Source: Bdellovibrio sp. (GTDB lineage Bacteria > Bdellovibrionota > Bdellovibrionia > Bdellovibrionales > Bdellovibrionaceae). From it: 64,000 nt of DNA. Location of the stretch: NCBI GenBank assembly GCA_036676395.1, contig JAKFCY010000002.1:672001-736000 (forward strand). Direction: 5' to 3'. The stretch's first letter is position 1; each line of letters opens with the position of its first letter. Below the pieces are notes generated by a model. The model had not been told where the DNA came from and made no database searches. It saw only the letters and a list, made by a program, of their open reading frames with translations. Made by a program: the position numbers and the translations under genes. This document shows, piece after piece, positions 47,056 to 56,305 of this stretch.

Positions 47056-48852
47056 ATGAGTGATAACAAAAATCCGCAGTCGAATCAAGGTGCGAAGCCT
47101 CTGTCTTTAGCTAAACAAGTGCTGAAGTTCACTATATCGCTTTTAGCTCTGTATTTAGGAATCAGAATTCTGTTTTTAGGATGGAATTTTGTACAATTTC
47201 GTCAGTTTACGGCTAGCGAACTAGCACTTAGTTTTCTGCATGGCCTACGTTTCGACTTGGTTATTGTTGTACCGATTGTGTTTGTGACTGTACTTGCCTT
47301 ACTTATTCCGAACAGACTTTTACGTTTTTTAGCTTTAAATGCGATCACTCTTGGGCATGCGGTTTTGATTTTTGGAAATTTTATCGATGTTGAATTAGTG
47401 AATTTTATGGGCCGCAGGTTTGCCAGATCAAGTTTGTATTTAGCAACTGAGGGGCAAAATACAAACATGCTTCAGTACGGCTATTTAGCTGCGCTGACAT
47501 TCATTGGATTAAGTGTGTTTCTTATTCTTTGTTATAAAAGCTATTTTAAACTTAGACCTGAAATCGCGCCTCTTTCGCTTAAAGTTAAAAGCATTTTTGT
47601 TATTGCGATGATTCCGTTAGTGATTGTTTTTGGCCGTGGTGGTCTGCAGCTTAAGCCAATTAGTTATGTGGATGCTAAAATTTTACCGCATACTTACGCC
47701 CATCATTTGGTGTTAAACACAAGTTTTACCTTTTTAAAAAGTTTTGGAAAATCCGCTTTTCAAAGACAAAAATATTTTACCGAATCTGAGTTATTAAAGT
47801 ATTTAAATCCTGCGCAAACGACGAAAAGATACGAGGCACAAAAAGCCAACGGGTATAACTTAGTCATTTTTATTATCGAGAGTTTATCGAAAGAATACCT
47901 TTCACCCAAACGCACGCCGTACTTAACTGAGCTGATCAAAAAAGGGGTTTATTTCGATAAATCTTATGCCAATGGCCGCAGATCAGTTGAAGGCATTGCT
48001 TCTATCTTGGCGGGAATTCCCGCATTGATGGAAGAGCCTTTTTTGAATTCAGAATTTGCGACGAATGAATTTATGGGGCTGGGGCAGTTGTTAAAAAAAC
48101 AAAAATATAACACAAGCTTTTTTCACGGCGCTAAAAACGGAACCATGCGCTTTGATGTTTTCACCAAAGCCAGTGGATTTGATCGTTACTTCGGAAAAAA
48201 CGAATACCCTGATTCTAGCCAAGACGATGGTTTTTGGGGTATTTACGACGAGCCCTTTTTGCAGTTTACCTGCGACAAAATGACCGAGATTAAACAGCCG
48301 TTTGCTTCGGTAGTCTTTACTTTATCTTCACATCAGCCTTTTAAAGTTCCAGAGGCTTTCGATAAAGCTTACCAAGGTGATGCGAATGAAATTCCGGTGT
48401 TAAAGTCGATCAGCTATGTTGATCATTCGATCAGAAGCTATATGGAGTGCGCAAAAAAACAAGCTTGGTTTGATAAAACTATTTTTGTATTTATGGCCGA
48501 TCACACGGGCCCATCTATAGATCCGGCGACAGCAGATTTTGAACAGCTGTTTGAAATCCCGATTTTGTTTTATGCGAAAAATACTGAGATTTTACAAGGC
48601 TTAAACCCTAACCAGTATGCTCAGCAAATCGATTTGTTTCCGACGTTAAACGAGCTTTTTAACTTGGGTTATATTGCCACCAATCATTTGGCCAGATCGC
48701 TGTACAGCCAAGGCCCTAAGACGATTGCGCTCTATACAGATCAGCATTATCAGCTGGTGGGTGACACTGAAAAAACCGAGAATCATTTAAAGGCCATTAA
48801 ACAGTATTTCAGTCAGGGTCTATACGATAATCGCTTGTATTTTCCGCGATAA
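47056..48852 (+). CDS. LTA synthase family (sulfatase-fold) membrane protein
   Basis: N-terminal TMs, HGLRFD, RGGLQ, IIESLS, TLSSH and ADHT motifs. Confidence 0.85.
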   Translation: MSDNKNPQSNQGAKPLSLAKQVLKFTISLLALYLGIRILFLGWNFVQFRQFTASELALSFLHGLRFDLVIVVPIVFVTVLALLIPNRLLRFLALNAITLGHAVLIFGNFIDVELVNFMGRRFARSSLYLATEGQNTNMLQYGYLAALTFIGLSVFLILCYKSYFKLRPEIAPLSLKVKSIFVIAMIPLVIVFGRGGLQLKPISYVDAKILPHTYAHHLVLNTSFTFLKSFGKSAFQRQKYFTESELLKYLNPAQTTKRYEAQKANGYNLVIFIIESLSKEYLSPKRTPYLTELIKKGVYFDKSYANGRRSVEGIASILAGIPALMEEPFLNSEFATNEFMGLGQLLKKQKYNTSFFHGAKNGTMRFDVFTKASGFDRYFGKNEYPDSSQDDGFWGIYDEPFLQFTCDKMTEIKQPFASVVFTLSSHQPFKVPEAFDKAYQGDANEIPVLKSISYVDHSIRSYMECAKKQAWFDKTIFVFMADHTGPSIDPATADFEQLFEIPILFYAKNTEILQGLNPNQYAQQIDLFPTLNELFNLGYIATNHLARSLYSQGPKTIALYTDQHYQLVGDTEKTENHLKAIKQYFSQGLYDNRLYFPR

Positions 48853-48869
48853 AACATTAAAAAAATCCT

Positions 48870-49184
48870 ATGTCAGATTACGGCGATTATTTTACTCCAG
48901 CCTCGGAGTCGCATCAAAAAATCGAAAAAGCCAAAGCCCGCGAAATGCGTAAGTCCGTATGGTGGAAACAAGTGCTTGGCAAAGGTAAATGTTATCATTG
49001 CGAAAAGCAGTTTAAAGCTGAACTTCTGACGATGGATCATTTAATTCCAATTGCCCGCGGCGGTAAGACTGATAAGAAAAATTGCGTGCCCAGCTGCAAA
49101 GACTGCAACACAAAAAAAGGCTATAAAACCAGAGCTGAAATCGCGATGGAAGAACTAGCTAAAAAAAATTCGGCTGAAGAGTAG
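48870..49184 (+). CDS. Small HNH endonuclease
   Basis: CYHC, MDHLIP..RGG, NCVPSCKDCN. Confidence 0.88.
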   Translation: MSDYGDYFTPASESHQKIEKAKAREMRKSVWWKQVLGKGKCYHCEKQFKAELLTMDHLIPIARGGKTDKKNCVPSCKDCNTKKGYKTRAEIAMEELAKKNSAEE

Positions 49185-49186
49185 CG

Positions 49187-49633
49187 CTATCTGAACGCGC
49201 GATGCAGTTTAGTTTTTGTCGTGCAAGATCTTGTTCCGTCCGGATGATCTACACATACTTTTTCTTCTTGGTAATCTGCTGATTGGCTATTGTATTGGCC
49301 ATTTGATAAATCATTTAAATCACCACTCACGCCGCGAGCAGAACCCGCTTTTCCCGGTGGATTTGATACATGAAAAATAACCACTAAAACCAACGAAAAA
49401 ACAAAGATCGCAGCGACTGGTAAAACATGGGTTTTAAAATTAAATTCTTTTGGTTTTAATAAATCGGAATATTGCGCATCAAGTGCCAACACTTCGCGTG
49501 AATTTTCTAGATTTGCAGGAGGTAAATTCTGTTTATGCGCTGGCACATTATAGCTTGGACGCGTCGGAAATTGTTCGCCTTTTTGGAACTGTGTGGCCAA
49601 CTGATTTTTTGTTTTAGAATCTACTTTAGACAT
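49187..49633 (-). CDS. Single-pass membrane hypothetical protein
   Basis: One TM segment and a C-terminal Cys pair. Confidence 0.65.
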   Translation of the reverse strand: MSKVDSKTKNQLATQFQKGEQFPTRPSYNVPAHKQNLPPANLENSREVLALDAQYSDLLKPKEFNFKTHVLPVAAIFVFSLVLVVIFHVSNPPGKAGSARGVSGDLNDLSNGQYNSQSADYQEEKVCVDHPDGTRSCTTKTKLHRAFR

Positions 49634-49639
49634 GGTTAT

Positions 49640-49667
49640 TTATCGGTAGAGCAGCGCTTGGTCTTGA
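49640..49667 (-). promoter_or_regulatory. Sigma28/FliA-like promoter, probably leaderless
   Basis: TCAAG-N15-ACCGATAA ending 6 nt before the ATG. Confidence 0.55.
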
Positions 49668-49750
49668 ATGACTCATTTTGATGCATAATACGCGTAAAAT
49701 ATGCATAAAAGATTCATTGAGGATAGAGCTAGTTATGGTTAGATTACGGA

Positions 49751-51181
49751 ATGCAAAATACACATCCAATTATTATTCAAGGTGGAATGGGAATCGCAGT
49801 CTCTGACTGGAGATTAGCAAAAACCGTAGCAGAAACAGGTCAGCTAGGTATCGTTTCTGGAACCGCAATTAATTCAGTATTAGTCAGACGTCTTCAAGAT
49901 GGTGATTCACAAGGTGATACTCGTCGCGCATTAAAAGCTTTTCCTTCACAAGAGATCGCACAGAAAATTTTAGACAATTATTTTATCGAAGGTGGCCGTC
50001 CCAAAGATCAACCGTACAAACGCGCGCCGATGTTCAATATCAAATCTTCACAACTATTATTACAAACTACTGTTGCCGCTGCTTTCGTTGAAGTGTGGTT
50101 AGCGCGTGAAGGTCACACCGGAAAAGTGGGAATTAATTTATTAGAAAAAGTTCACTTACCAAATTTACCATGTCTTTACGGCGCTATGCTTGCCGGAGTT
50201 GATTACGTGATTATGGGTGCAGGCATTCCGCGTGAAATTCCAGGTTGCTTAGATTTATTAAGTGAAAATAAAACCGCAGCGATCAAAGTTCCTGTGGTTG
50301 GTCAGGATGAAGACTCGCTTACATATTTTAATCCTGTAGAAGTTATGGAAAACACGGCGTTAGTTCCTTTAAAACGTCCGTTCTTTTTTCCGATTGTTTC
50401 GTCTGCTGTTTTAGCTAAGAACTTAAAATTAAAATCTACAGGCCGTGTTGATGGTTTTATTGTAGAGGGCCCTTTAGCTGGTGGCCATAATGCGCCTCCG
50501 CGTGGACCAATGAAATTAAATGCATTAGGCGAACCAATCTATGGTGAGCGTGATGCTGTCGACCTTGCGGATATGAAAGCCTTAGAGCTTCCATTCTGGA
50601 TGGCCGGTTATTATGCCACTCCTGAAAAATTAAAAGATGTTCAATCACAAGGTGCCCACGGTATTCAAGTCGGTACTTTATTCGCATTTTCTGATGAATC
50701 AGGTGTAGCTCTTGAACACCGTCAGTTTGCGATTGATCAAATTAAAAATAAACCTGCTCCTGAAGGAGGATGGATTTTCACTGATCCAAGATCATCTCCG
50801 ACAAACTTTCCGTTTAAAGCGGCTCGTTTTCCTGGAACAATCTCTGAAGAAAAATTATATTTAGCCCGAACACGCATCTGTGATTTAGGTTATTTACGTC
50901 ATGCTTACAAAAAAGAAGACGGAACCGTTGGTCAGCGTTGCCCTGCAGAGCCGGTCAAAGACTATCTTAAAAAAGGTGGCCTTGAAGAAGACACTGTCGG
51001 AAGAAAGTGTTTATGTAATGCTTTGATGGCTGATGTGGGCATGGGGCAAATCCAAGCTAACGGTGAACCGGAATTGCCATTATTAACTGCCGGCGATGAT
51101 TTAAATAATATCGTTCGCATGATTAAACCGGGTAAAAACTCGTATTCGGCAAAAGACGTGATCGCTTATCTTCTAGCTTAA
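49751..51181 (+). CDS. Nitronate monooxygenase family flavoprotein
   Basis: IIQGGMG, MGAGIP, EGPLAGGH and GIQVGT motifs. Confidence 0.85.
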   Translation: MQNTHPIIIQGGMGIAVSDWRLAKTVAETGQLGIVSGTAINSVLVRRLQDGDSQGDTRRALKAFPSQEIAQKILDNYFIEGGRPKDQPYKRAPMFNIKSSQLLLQTTVAAAFVEVWLAREGHTGKVGINLLEKVHLPNLPCLYGAMLAGVDYVIMGAGIPREIPGCLDLLSENKTAAIKVPVVGQDEDSLTYFNPVEVMENTALVPLKRPFFFPIVSSAVLAKNLKLKSTGRVDGFIVEGPLAGGHNAPPRGPMKLNALGEPIYGERDAVDLADMKALELPFWMAGYYATPEKLKDVQSQGAHGIQVGTLFAFSDESGVALEHRQFAIDQIKNKPAPEGGWIFTDPRSSPTNFPFKAARFPGTISEEKLYLARTRICDLGYLRHAYKKEDGTVGQRCPAEPVKDYLKKGGLEEDTVGRKCLCNALMADVGMGQIQANGEPELPLLTAGDDLNNIVRMIKPGKNSYSAKDVIAYLLA

Positions 51182-51364
51182 GTTATAATCTGGCAGGTCT
51201 GAAAATTACGGCATTGTGTTTAAAAATTAGGGTAAACATCAGATTTACGCTACGCACAAGGCACTTATTTAGCCCAAAGGCTTGCTTTTTTTACCCAAAA
51301 ACCCCTTCAATAATGAATGATACCTTAAAATTCAGTATCGATTTATGTATTGAAAGGCCTTGTT

Positions 51365-53023
51365 TTGAGCAAAATTACGAAAAGTAGTACGGCAGAATAT
51401 TTCGCAAAAAACCTTCAACAGGTAGGGTTTTCTTCACCTTTAAAAGCGGTTTTAACCACTCTTAAAGAGGCTGTTGATAACTCGCTTGATGCTTGCGAAG
51501 GTGCTGAAATTCTTCCGGAATTAGAAATTGAAGTTAAAAAAGTTGGTGTTGGATCGACAAAAAACACCGATTTAATCAGGATTGTAGTAGAAGATAACGG
51601 ACCGGGAATCGATGGCGATGATTTAGCTAAGGTTTTCGGAGAGTATTTAGCCTCTTCTAAATTTGGCCGCGGACAATGTTCGCGCGGACAACAAGGTATT
51701 GGTATTTCTGCAGCGACGACATGGGCACAAATGACCAATGCAAAAGGGGTACAAGTTATCTCGAAAACGAAAAACATGCGCAAAGCAATTTCCGCGCAAG
51801 TTGACGTCGATATTAAGACAAATACCGGTATTTTACGTAATAAAGAGACCCTAGAATGGAAGAAAAACAACGGAACTCGCGTTGAATTCCTTATGGATGG
51901 CCGCATTCAAATGAATGGTGACGGTGGTCTTTTAACTTACATTGAAGGTACTGTTTTAGTTAATCCGCATTTAACAGTGACTTACAAATTAGGTGATACA
52001 GATAAAGGTAAAATCGAGCGCGTATCAAATGAAACTCCAGATATTCCAGAAGCTACATTACCGCATCCGCACACATTTAAACTGGGTGAATTTATCACGC
52101 ATTCTCACTTGTACGGAAAAATCTCTTTATCTAAGTTTTTAAAGACAGGTTTTTCACGCATTTCTGATCAATCGATCAAAGATTTTGTAAAACACGGAAT
52201 GCCAAAAGGCCTTGTTGATAAAAATCTTGGCTCTATGAGCGAAGAAGATTTCAAAAAAGCCTTCCAAGCTGTTCAAGCCACAGAATTAATGGCTCCTTCG
52301 ACAAAATCGGTTTTAACAGTAGGTGAAGATGCACTTGCAAAATCGATTGAGCGTTTAGGGCAAGTGGATTTTTTATCAGTAGTGACAAGAAAACCAACGA
52401 TTTGTGACTTTAAGCCCGTGGTTGTCGAAGTGGCGTTAGCACGTTTTATCGATCGCGGCTCTGAGGGCGAACCCGTTCAACTTTTACGTTTTGCTAACCG
52501 TGTTCCGTTACAATTTGATAAATCAGGTTGTGCGATCACTTGGGCAATTGAATCTGTGAACTGGAAATCTTACGGTTTAGGCCAGCCGAAAGAATCGTTA
52601 CCACAAGGACCCTACGTTTTTGCGGTTTCAATTGTTTCTCCGTTTATTAAATTTAAAAATGCATCGAAAGAAACCATCGATGCTTCTGATGAATTAGTTG
52701 AAGAAATCCGTCGTGCCTTAATGCAAGCCGGACAAAAACTTTCACGGCATATCAAACATGAAATGAAAGAGGCTGATTTAGAAAGAAAACTAGCACATAT
52801 CGAGCAATTTGGCCCGATTCTAGTAGAAAAACTGGTTACAATTTCTGGAGCAAATGCTTCGAGAAAGAAAAAAGCCGAAGAAGGATTACGTAAAATTTTA
52901 GGACGTGATTCTGACGAAGCTGTAAACCAATTAGAAGAAGCTCAAACTAAATTAGCTGCGCAAAAACAAAAAGAAGCTAAAAAAATGGGTTCAGCAGCTG
53001 ATGAAGCTGGTAAAGGTAGTTAG
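51365..53023 (+). CDS. top6B: DNA topoisomerase VI subunit B
   Basis: GHKL motifs EAVDNSLDA, DNGPGI and RGQQGIG; LLRFANRVPL; TTG start at 51365 is approximate. Confidence 0.92.
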   Translation: MSKITKSSTAEYFAKNLQQVGFSSPLKAVLTTLKEAVDNSLDACEGAEILPELEIEVKKVGVGSTKNTDLIRIVVEDNGPGIDGDDLAKVFGEYLASSKFGRGQCSRGQQGIGISAATTWAQMTNAKGVQVISKTKNMRKAISAQVDVDIKTNTGILRNKETLEWKKNNGTRVEFLMDGRIQMNGDGGLLTYIEGTVLVNPHLTVTYKLGDTDKGKIERVSNETPDIPEATLPHPHTFKLGEFITHSHLYGKISLSKFLKTGFSRISDQSIKDFVKHGMPKGLVDKNLGSMSEEDFKKAFQAVQATELMAPSTKSVLTVGEDALAKSIERLGQVDFLSVVTRKPTICDFKPVVVEVALARFIDRGSEGEPVQLLRFANRVPLQFDKSGCAITWAIESVNWKSYGLGQPKESLPQGPYVFAVSIVSPFIKFKNASKETIDASDELVEEIRRALMQAGQKLSRHIKHEMKEADLERKLAHIEQFGPILVEKLVTISGANASRKKKAEEGLRKILGRDSDEAVNQLEEAQTKLAAQKQKEAKKMGSAADEAGKGS

Positions 53024-53026
53024 TTA

Positions 53027-54187
53027 ATGGCATTAATTAAAGTTCGTGAATTAAGACTAGATATCCCTAAAGAAGCTAAGAACTTAGCTGAAAGAATGCT
53101 TTCTGATTTAGAAAAATCAAAAAGACCTTACTTAGAAGCAGTAAAAACTTCTTTAGATAATTCAAATTACAATGCAAAAGTGGGTTATTTAACTCCCGGA
53201 GATAAAATTGTTCGCACAGAACTAAATGTTTCTTCGGTGCAAAAGTTAGCTCGAGTTGTTTTCATGTTAGAAATTTTACTGCGCAATTTAGATATCGGCG
53301 CAGTGAATACAAAAAGGGAATTATACTACATCTGTAAAGGTCTTATCAAAGGCGATGGCCGATATAAACCTTTGGATTTCGACGATCAGGATGAATCAGA
53401 CAGCATCATCGATTTTATCGGTGATATGTTAGAAGTTTATCGTGAAGAATTAAATTGTTATGCCAATGACCGTGGTGGCCAAACTTATTCTCAGCAATTA
53501 GTTGTGACTGAAACATTACCAGACGGGGATAAAGCTAACGTTGATTTATCGACGCTTGGAACAACGCCGTTTCAGCCAAAAAACAGACCGCAATCTTTAA
53601 AACTTAAAGCTAAAAAGAAAATCGATTTCTGCTTAGTGGTAGAGTCTGAAGGTACCGCGGGCACCCTGCAATCAATGGGTTTCACGAAACGTAATAACTG
53701 TATTTTGATGGGTGCTCAAGGGGTTCCATCAAATGGTGTTCGCGGTTGGTGTAAACTGATTGAAAATCAATTAGATGTTCCGATGTATTTCTTCGGCGAT
53801 CTGGATGCGTACACGATGCAAAATATCTTTCGTACGTTAAAAGCGGGATCTGCCGCTTCATTAATTCGTAACGGAGATTTCTCGGCACCGAACGTAAGAT
53901 TCTTAGGAGTTTTACCGGGTGACGTGAAAAAATACGATCTTCCACATTATAAAGTTAAAGAATCTGATCCTGCAGAAGCAAGACAGCTTAAAAAAGCAAA
54001 AGATGCCTTAGAGAACGATCCATTCTTCCGTGATAAAAAGAATAAAGAGTTGTCAGACATCTTACGCTGGTTAATCAAAGAAAAAATTCGTTGCGAGCAG
54101 CAAAGTTATTTCTCGGTTGATCCAAAAGATCCGATCAAGACTGAAAAAATCATTCTCGAAAAGATTAAACGTGGAGACTACGTTTAA
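53027..54187 (+). CDS. top6A: DNA topoisomerase VI subunit A (Spo11-like)
   Basis: TKRELYY catalytic Tyr, TOPRIM VVE and GDLD motifs, EQQ; 3 bp after top6B. Confidence 0.92.
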   Translation: MALIKVRELRLDIPKEAKNLAERMLSDLEKSKRPYLEAVKTSLDNSNYNAKVGYLTPGDKIVRTELNVSSVQKLARVVFMLEILLRNLDIGAVNTKRELYYICKGLIKGDGRYKPLDFDDQDESDSIIDFIGDMLEVYREELNCYANDRGGQTYSQQLVVTETLPDGDKANVDLSTLGTTPFQPKNRPQSLKLKAKKKIDFCLVVESEGTAGTLQSMGFTKRNNCILMGAQGVPSNGVRGWCKLIENQLDVPMYFFGDLDAYTMQNIFRTLKAGSAASLIRNGDFSAPNVRFLGVLPGDVKKYDLPHYKVKESDPAEARQLKKAKDALENDPFFRDKKNKELSDILRWLIKEKIRCEQQSYFSVDPKDPIKTEKIILEKIKRGDYV

Positions 54188-54191
54188 AATG

Positions 54192-54221
54192 AAAAAAGCC
54201 AGGGTGACCTGGCTTTTTTTT
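54192..54221. terminator. Bidirectional intrinsic terminator
   Basis: AAAAAAGCCAGG-GTGA-CCTGGCTTTTTTTT. Confidence 0.85.
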
Positions 54222-54266
54222 ATTGGCTCCACAAAAAGGAACGGCCGCGGGCGGCCAGCCTACCTT

Positions 54267-56087
54267 TTACGGAACTTGTGTTGCTGGAACAATAAGTTTT
54301 CCATTTACTATACGGTGACCACGATCAGGAGCTGCTACGACTTTTGAATTTTTATCATAGCGAATCGTTACTAACTCATCTTTTAAGGGATCATAGTTCA
54401 TATTACGATCTACCGGCACATGGCAGCTTAGTTTAGATGCTTCATCCATTTTAAAATGCTCAAGCATTTTATTACGGCGCTCTACCAGTTTTGCATGACC
54501 AAGAACAACTTCGGCCGAGCTTAAACCAGATGCCACTAAGGCACTTTTGATTTGCTCAGACGAGTATTGGCAGAGTTTGCGTAACATCCATTGAGCATCT
54601 GTTAATTTAATATTAGAAAATGCTTTAGCGTGCTCCAAATTACCTATTCCAGATAATTTATAAACTGAAGACACTTCCCATTCCATAGTATCGATGGATG
54701 AGCCTTTGCGTGAAACACCAGTAGCGTGACCCAAACCAGAACCAGCATCGCCAAAACCAAGACGTAATTGTTTTTTACCTTTGCCGTTGGGAACAGCCAT
54801 TAAACGTAAATTATCTTTACGGATATCGTAATTACCAGTCCAAGCAGCTAAAACCATGATGCCACGGATCTCTTTAAAATCGCGGTAATTGAAATCATCA
54901 GGAATCCATGGACCAAGCTCGTCGCCGGTCACAGGATCATCTTTTAATGTTAACGATGAAGACCCAAATACAAATTGAGCAATTTGAGATTCAAAGTTTG
55001 CATCGATCATATCTGCAGTAATGTTTTCTTCGATAGGGCGGGTGATTAGACGCGCTTGTGCAGTTTTTGCGTCAACAAAAGTACCATCTTTTAGTTTCAC
55101 ACCTTTCATCCAAGAAAACGGATTGATAAATTCTTTTTTAACTTTTTTGTAAACCGGAATAGCAATTAAAGTTAATTTGAAAGACATAACTAAACGTTCA
55201 TTGAATTCTAAGATAACCCGGCGATCATAATCTATGTTTAAAGTTTCATAATAGTTGATGTGCGGAGCAATGAATCCTAACGAGCGGTAAATGCGTGAAT
55301 TAAGCGGGCCAGAGTACTCTTCGTTGCCGAATTTCATTTTATAAGAATTTTCGCCGCATTTAATATGAAAGCCAGCGTGAACGCCGTAGCCGCGTTTTGC
55401 TTTTTCATATTGGCAGCTGTTTTTAATATCTTTAAAATTGAAATCGTGTGCGAAATCAATCTTTGCAATATCTTTTTCTTGTACGATTTCATCACGCAAG
55501 AATTTCAAATCAGGATCTTGACCTTTGTAGTTTTCAGAAACACTTGGTGAAGATAAAAAGCGGGCTATGTGAACAGGAAAAGTAAAGAATTCGTATTTGC
55601 CTTTAACGGGCTCTGTGTACGTTAATTCGATAGCACGAGCGACCTGAGCGATTTGATATTTAACTTCTTCAAGGCCGATTTCACCTTTTCTACCGCGCTC
55701 AAATAATTCTTCAATATATTTAGCTGAATCTTTTAATGCGCCATCTGTAAAATCAAATTTGTTAAACGGCTTTTTAGTTTCACGGCCGGTGATGATTTGG
55801 TCCATTTCAATGTTTGCATCTTTACGACGTTTATATTCTTTTAAGAACGCCTGAGCGCCGCGCTCGATAGCTGCTAAGTCACTGGTATTATTTAGATCAA
55901 AGCGGCGAAATTTAACTTCTGGTTGATTGATCGTAGTTTCATCAAAGAAGTAAGCTTCGCCCAGTTTTGCTCTACCGTAGGTCGAACTCGGTTCGCGTTC
56001 AGACACCGGTTTAGAAGTACAGGCTGCGATTAGGGCGAAGATCGCCAATAAACATATAGATAATACTGTCTTAATATATTGCTTCAT
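54267..56087 (-). CDS. Lipoprotein with atypical (HipA/PI3K/CotH-like) kinase motifs
   Basis: IAAC lipobox; KRGYGVH, YKMKF..E, GNYDIRKDN and DAG motifs. Confidence 0.55.
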   Translation of the reverse strand: MKQYIKTVLSICLLAIFALIAACTSKPVSEREPSSTYGRAKLGEAYFFDETTINQPEVKFRRFDLNNTSDLAAIERGAQAFLKEYKRRKDANIEMDQIITGRETKKPFNKFDFTDGALKDSAKYIEELFERGRKGEIGLEEVKYQIAQVARAIELTYTEPVKGKYEFFTFPVHIARFLSSPSVSENYKGQDPDLKFLRDEIVQEKDIAKIDFAHDFNFKDIKNSCQYEKAKRGYGVHAGFHIKCGENSYKMKFGNEEYSGPLNSRIYRSLGFIAPHINYYETLNIDYDRRVILEFNERLVMSFKLTLIAIPVYKKVKKEFINPFSWMKGVKLKDGTFVDAKTAQARLITRPIEENITADMIDANFESQIAQFVFGSSSLTLKDDPVTGDELGPWIPDDFNYRDFKEIRGIMVLAAWTGNYDIRKDNLRLMAVPNGKGKKQLRLGFGDAGSGLGHATGVSRKGSSIDTMEWEVSSVYKLSGIGNLEHAKAFSNIKLTDAQWMLRKLCQYSSEQIKSALVASGLSSAEVVLGHAKLVERRNKMLEHFKMDEASKLSCHVPVDRNMNYDPLKDELVTIRYDKNSKVVAAPDRGHRIVNGKLIVPATQVP

Positions 56088-56095
56088 ATGGGCCC

Positions 56096-56123
56096 AAATC
56101 GGCTGTTTGGGGCTGTGTCTTAA
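56096..56123 (-). promoter_or_regulatory. Sigma28/FliA-like promoter, probably leaderless
   Basis: TTAAG-N15-GCCGATTT ending 8 nt before the ATG. Confidence 0.5.
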
Positions 56124-56256
56124 CTGAACAACACGAAGTTTAGCTTTTGGCCTAGCTTTCTGTTTATAAATATGACATGTAATCGTTCCATGAAAGCCGC
56201 CAATAAAAGGGTTTCTGGGCTTTTGGCCAAAAAGGCACTGAAATCATTCGGTAAAA

Positions 56257-56273
56257 TTGGCGCTTATCTTGTA
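56257..56273 (+). promoter_or_regulatory. Possible sigma54 promoter of S8 protease
   Basis: TTGGCGCTTATCTTGTA (GG-N10-GT, -12 variant). Confidence 0.3.
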
Positions 56274-56305
56274 TATAAAGTCCTAATTGTTCGTTTGGGG
56301 GAAAA

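Noticed and set aside
48870..49184. HNH nuclease as part of a defence or mobile system
   Set aside because: Stand-alone small HNH among housekeeping genes, with no methylase, ATPase or immunity partner.
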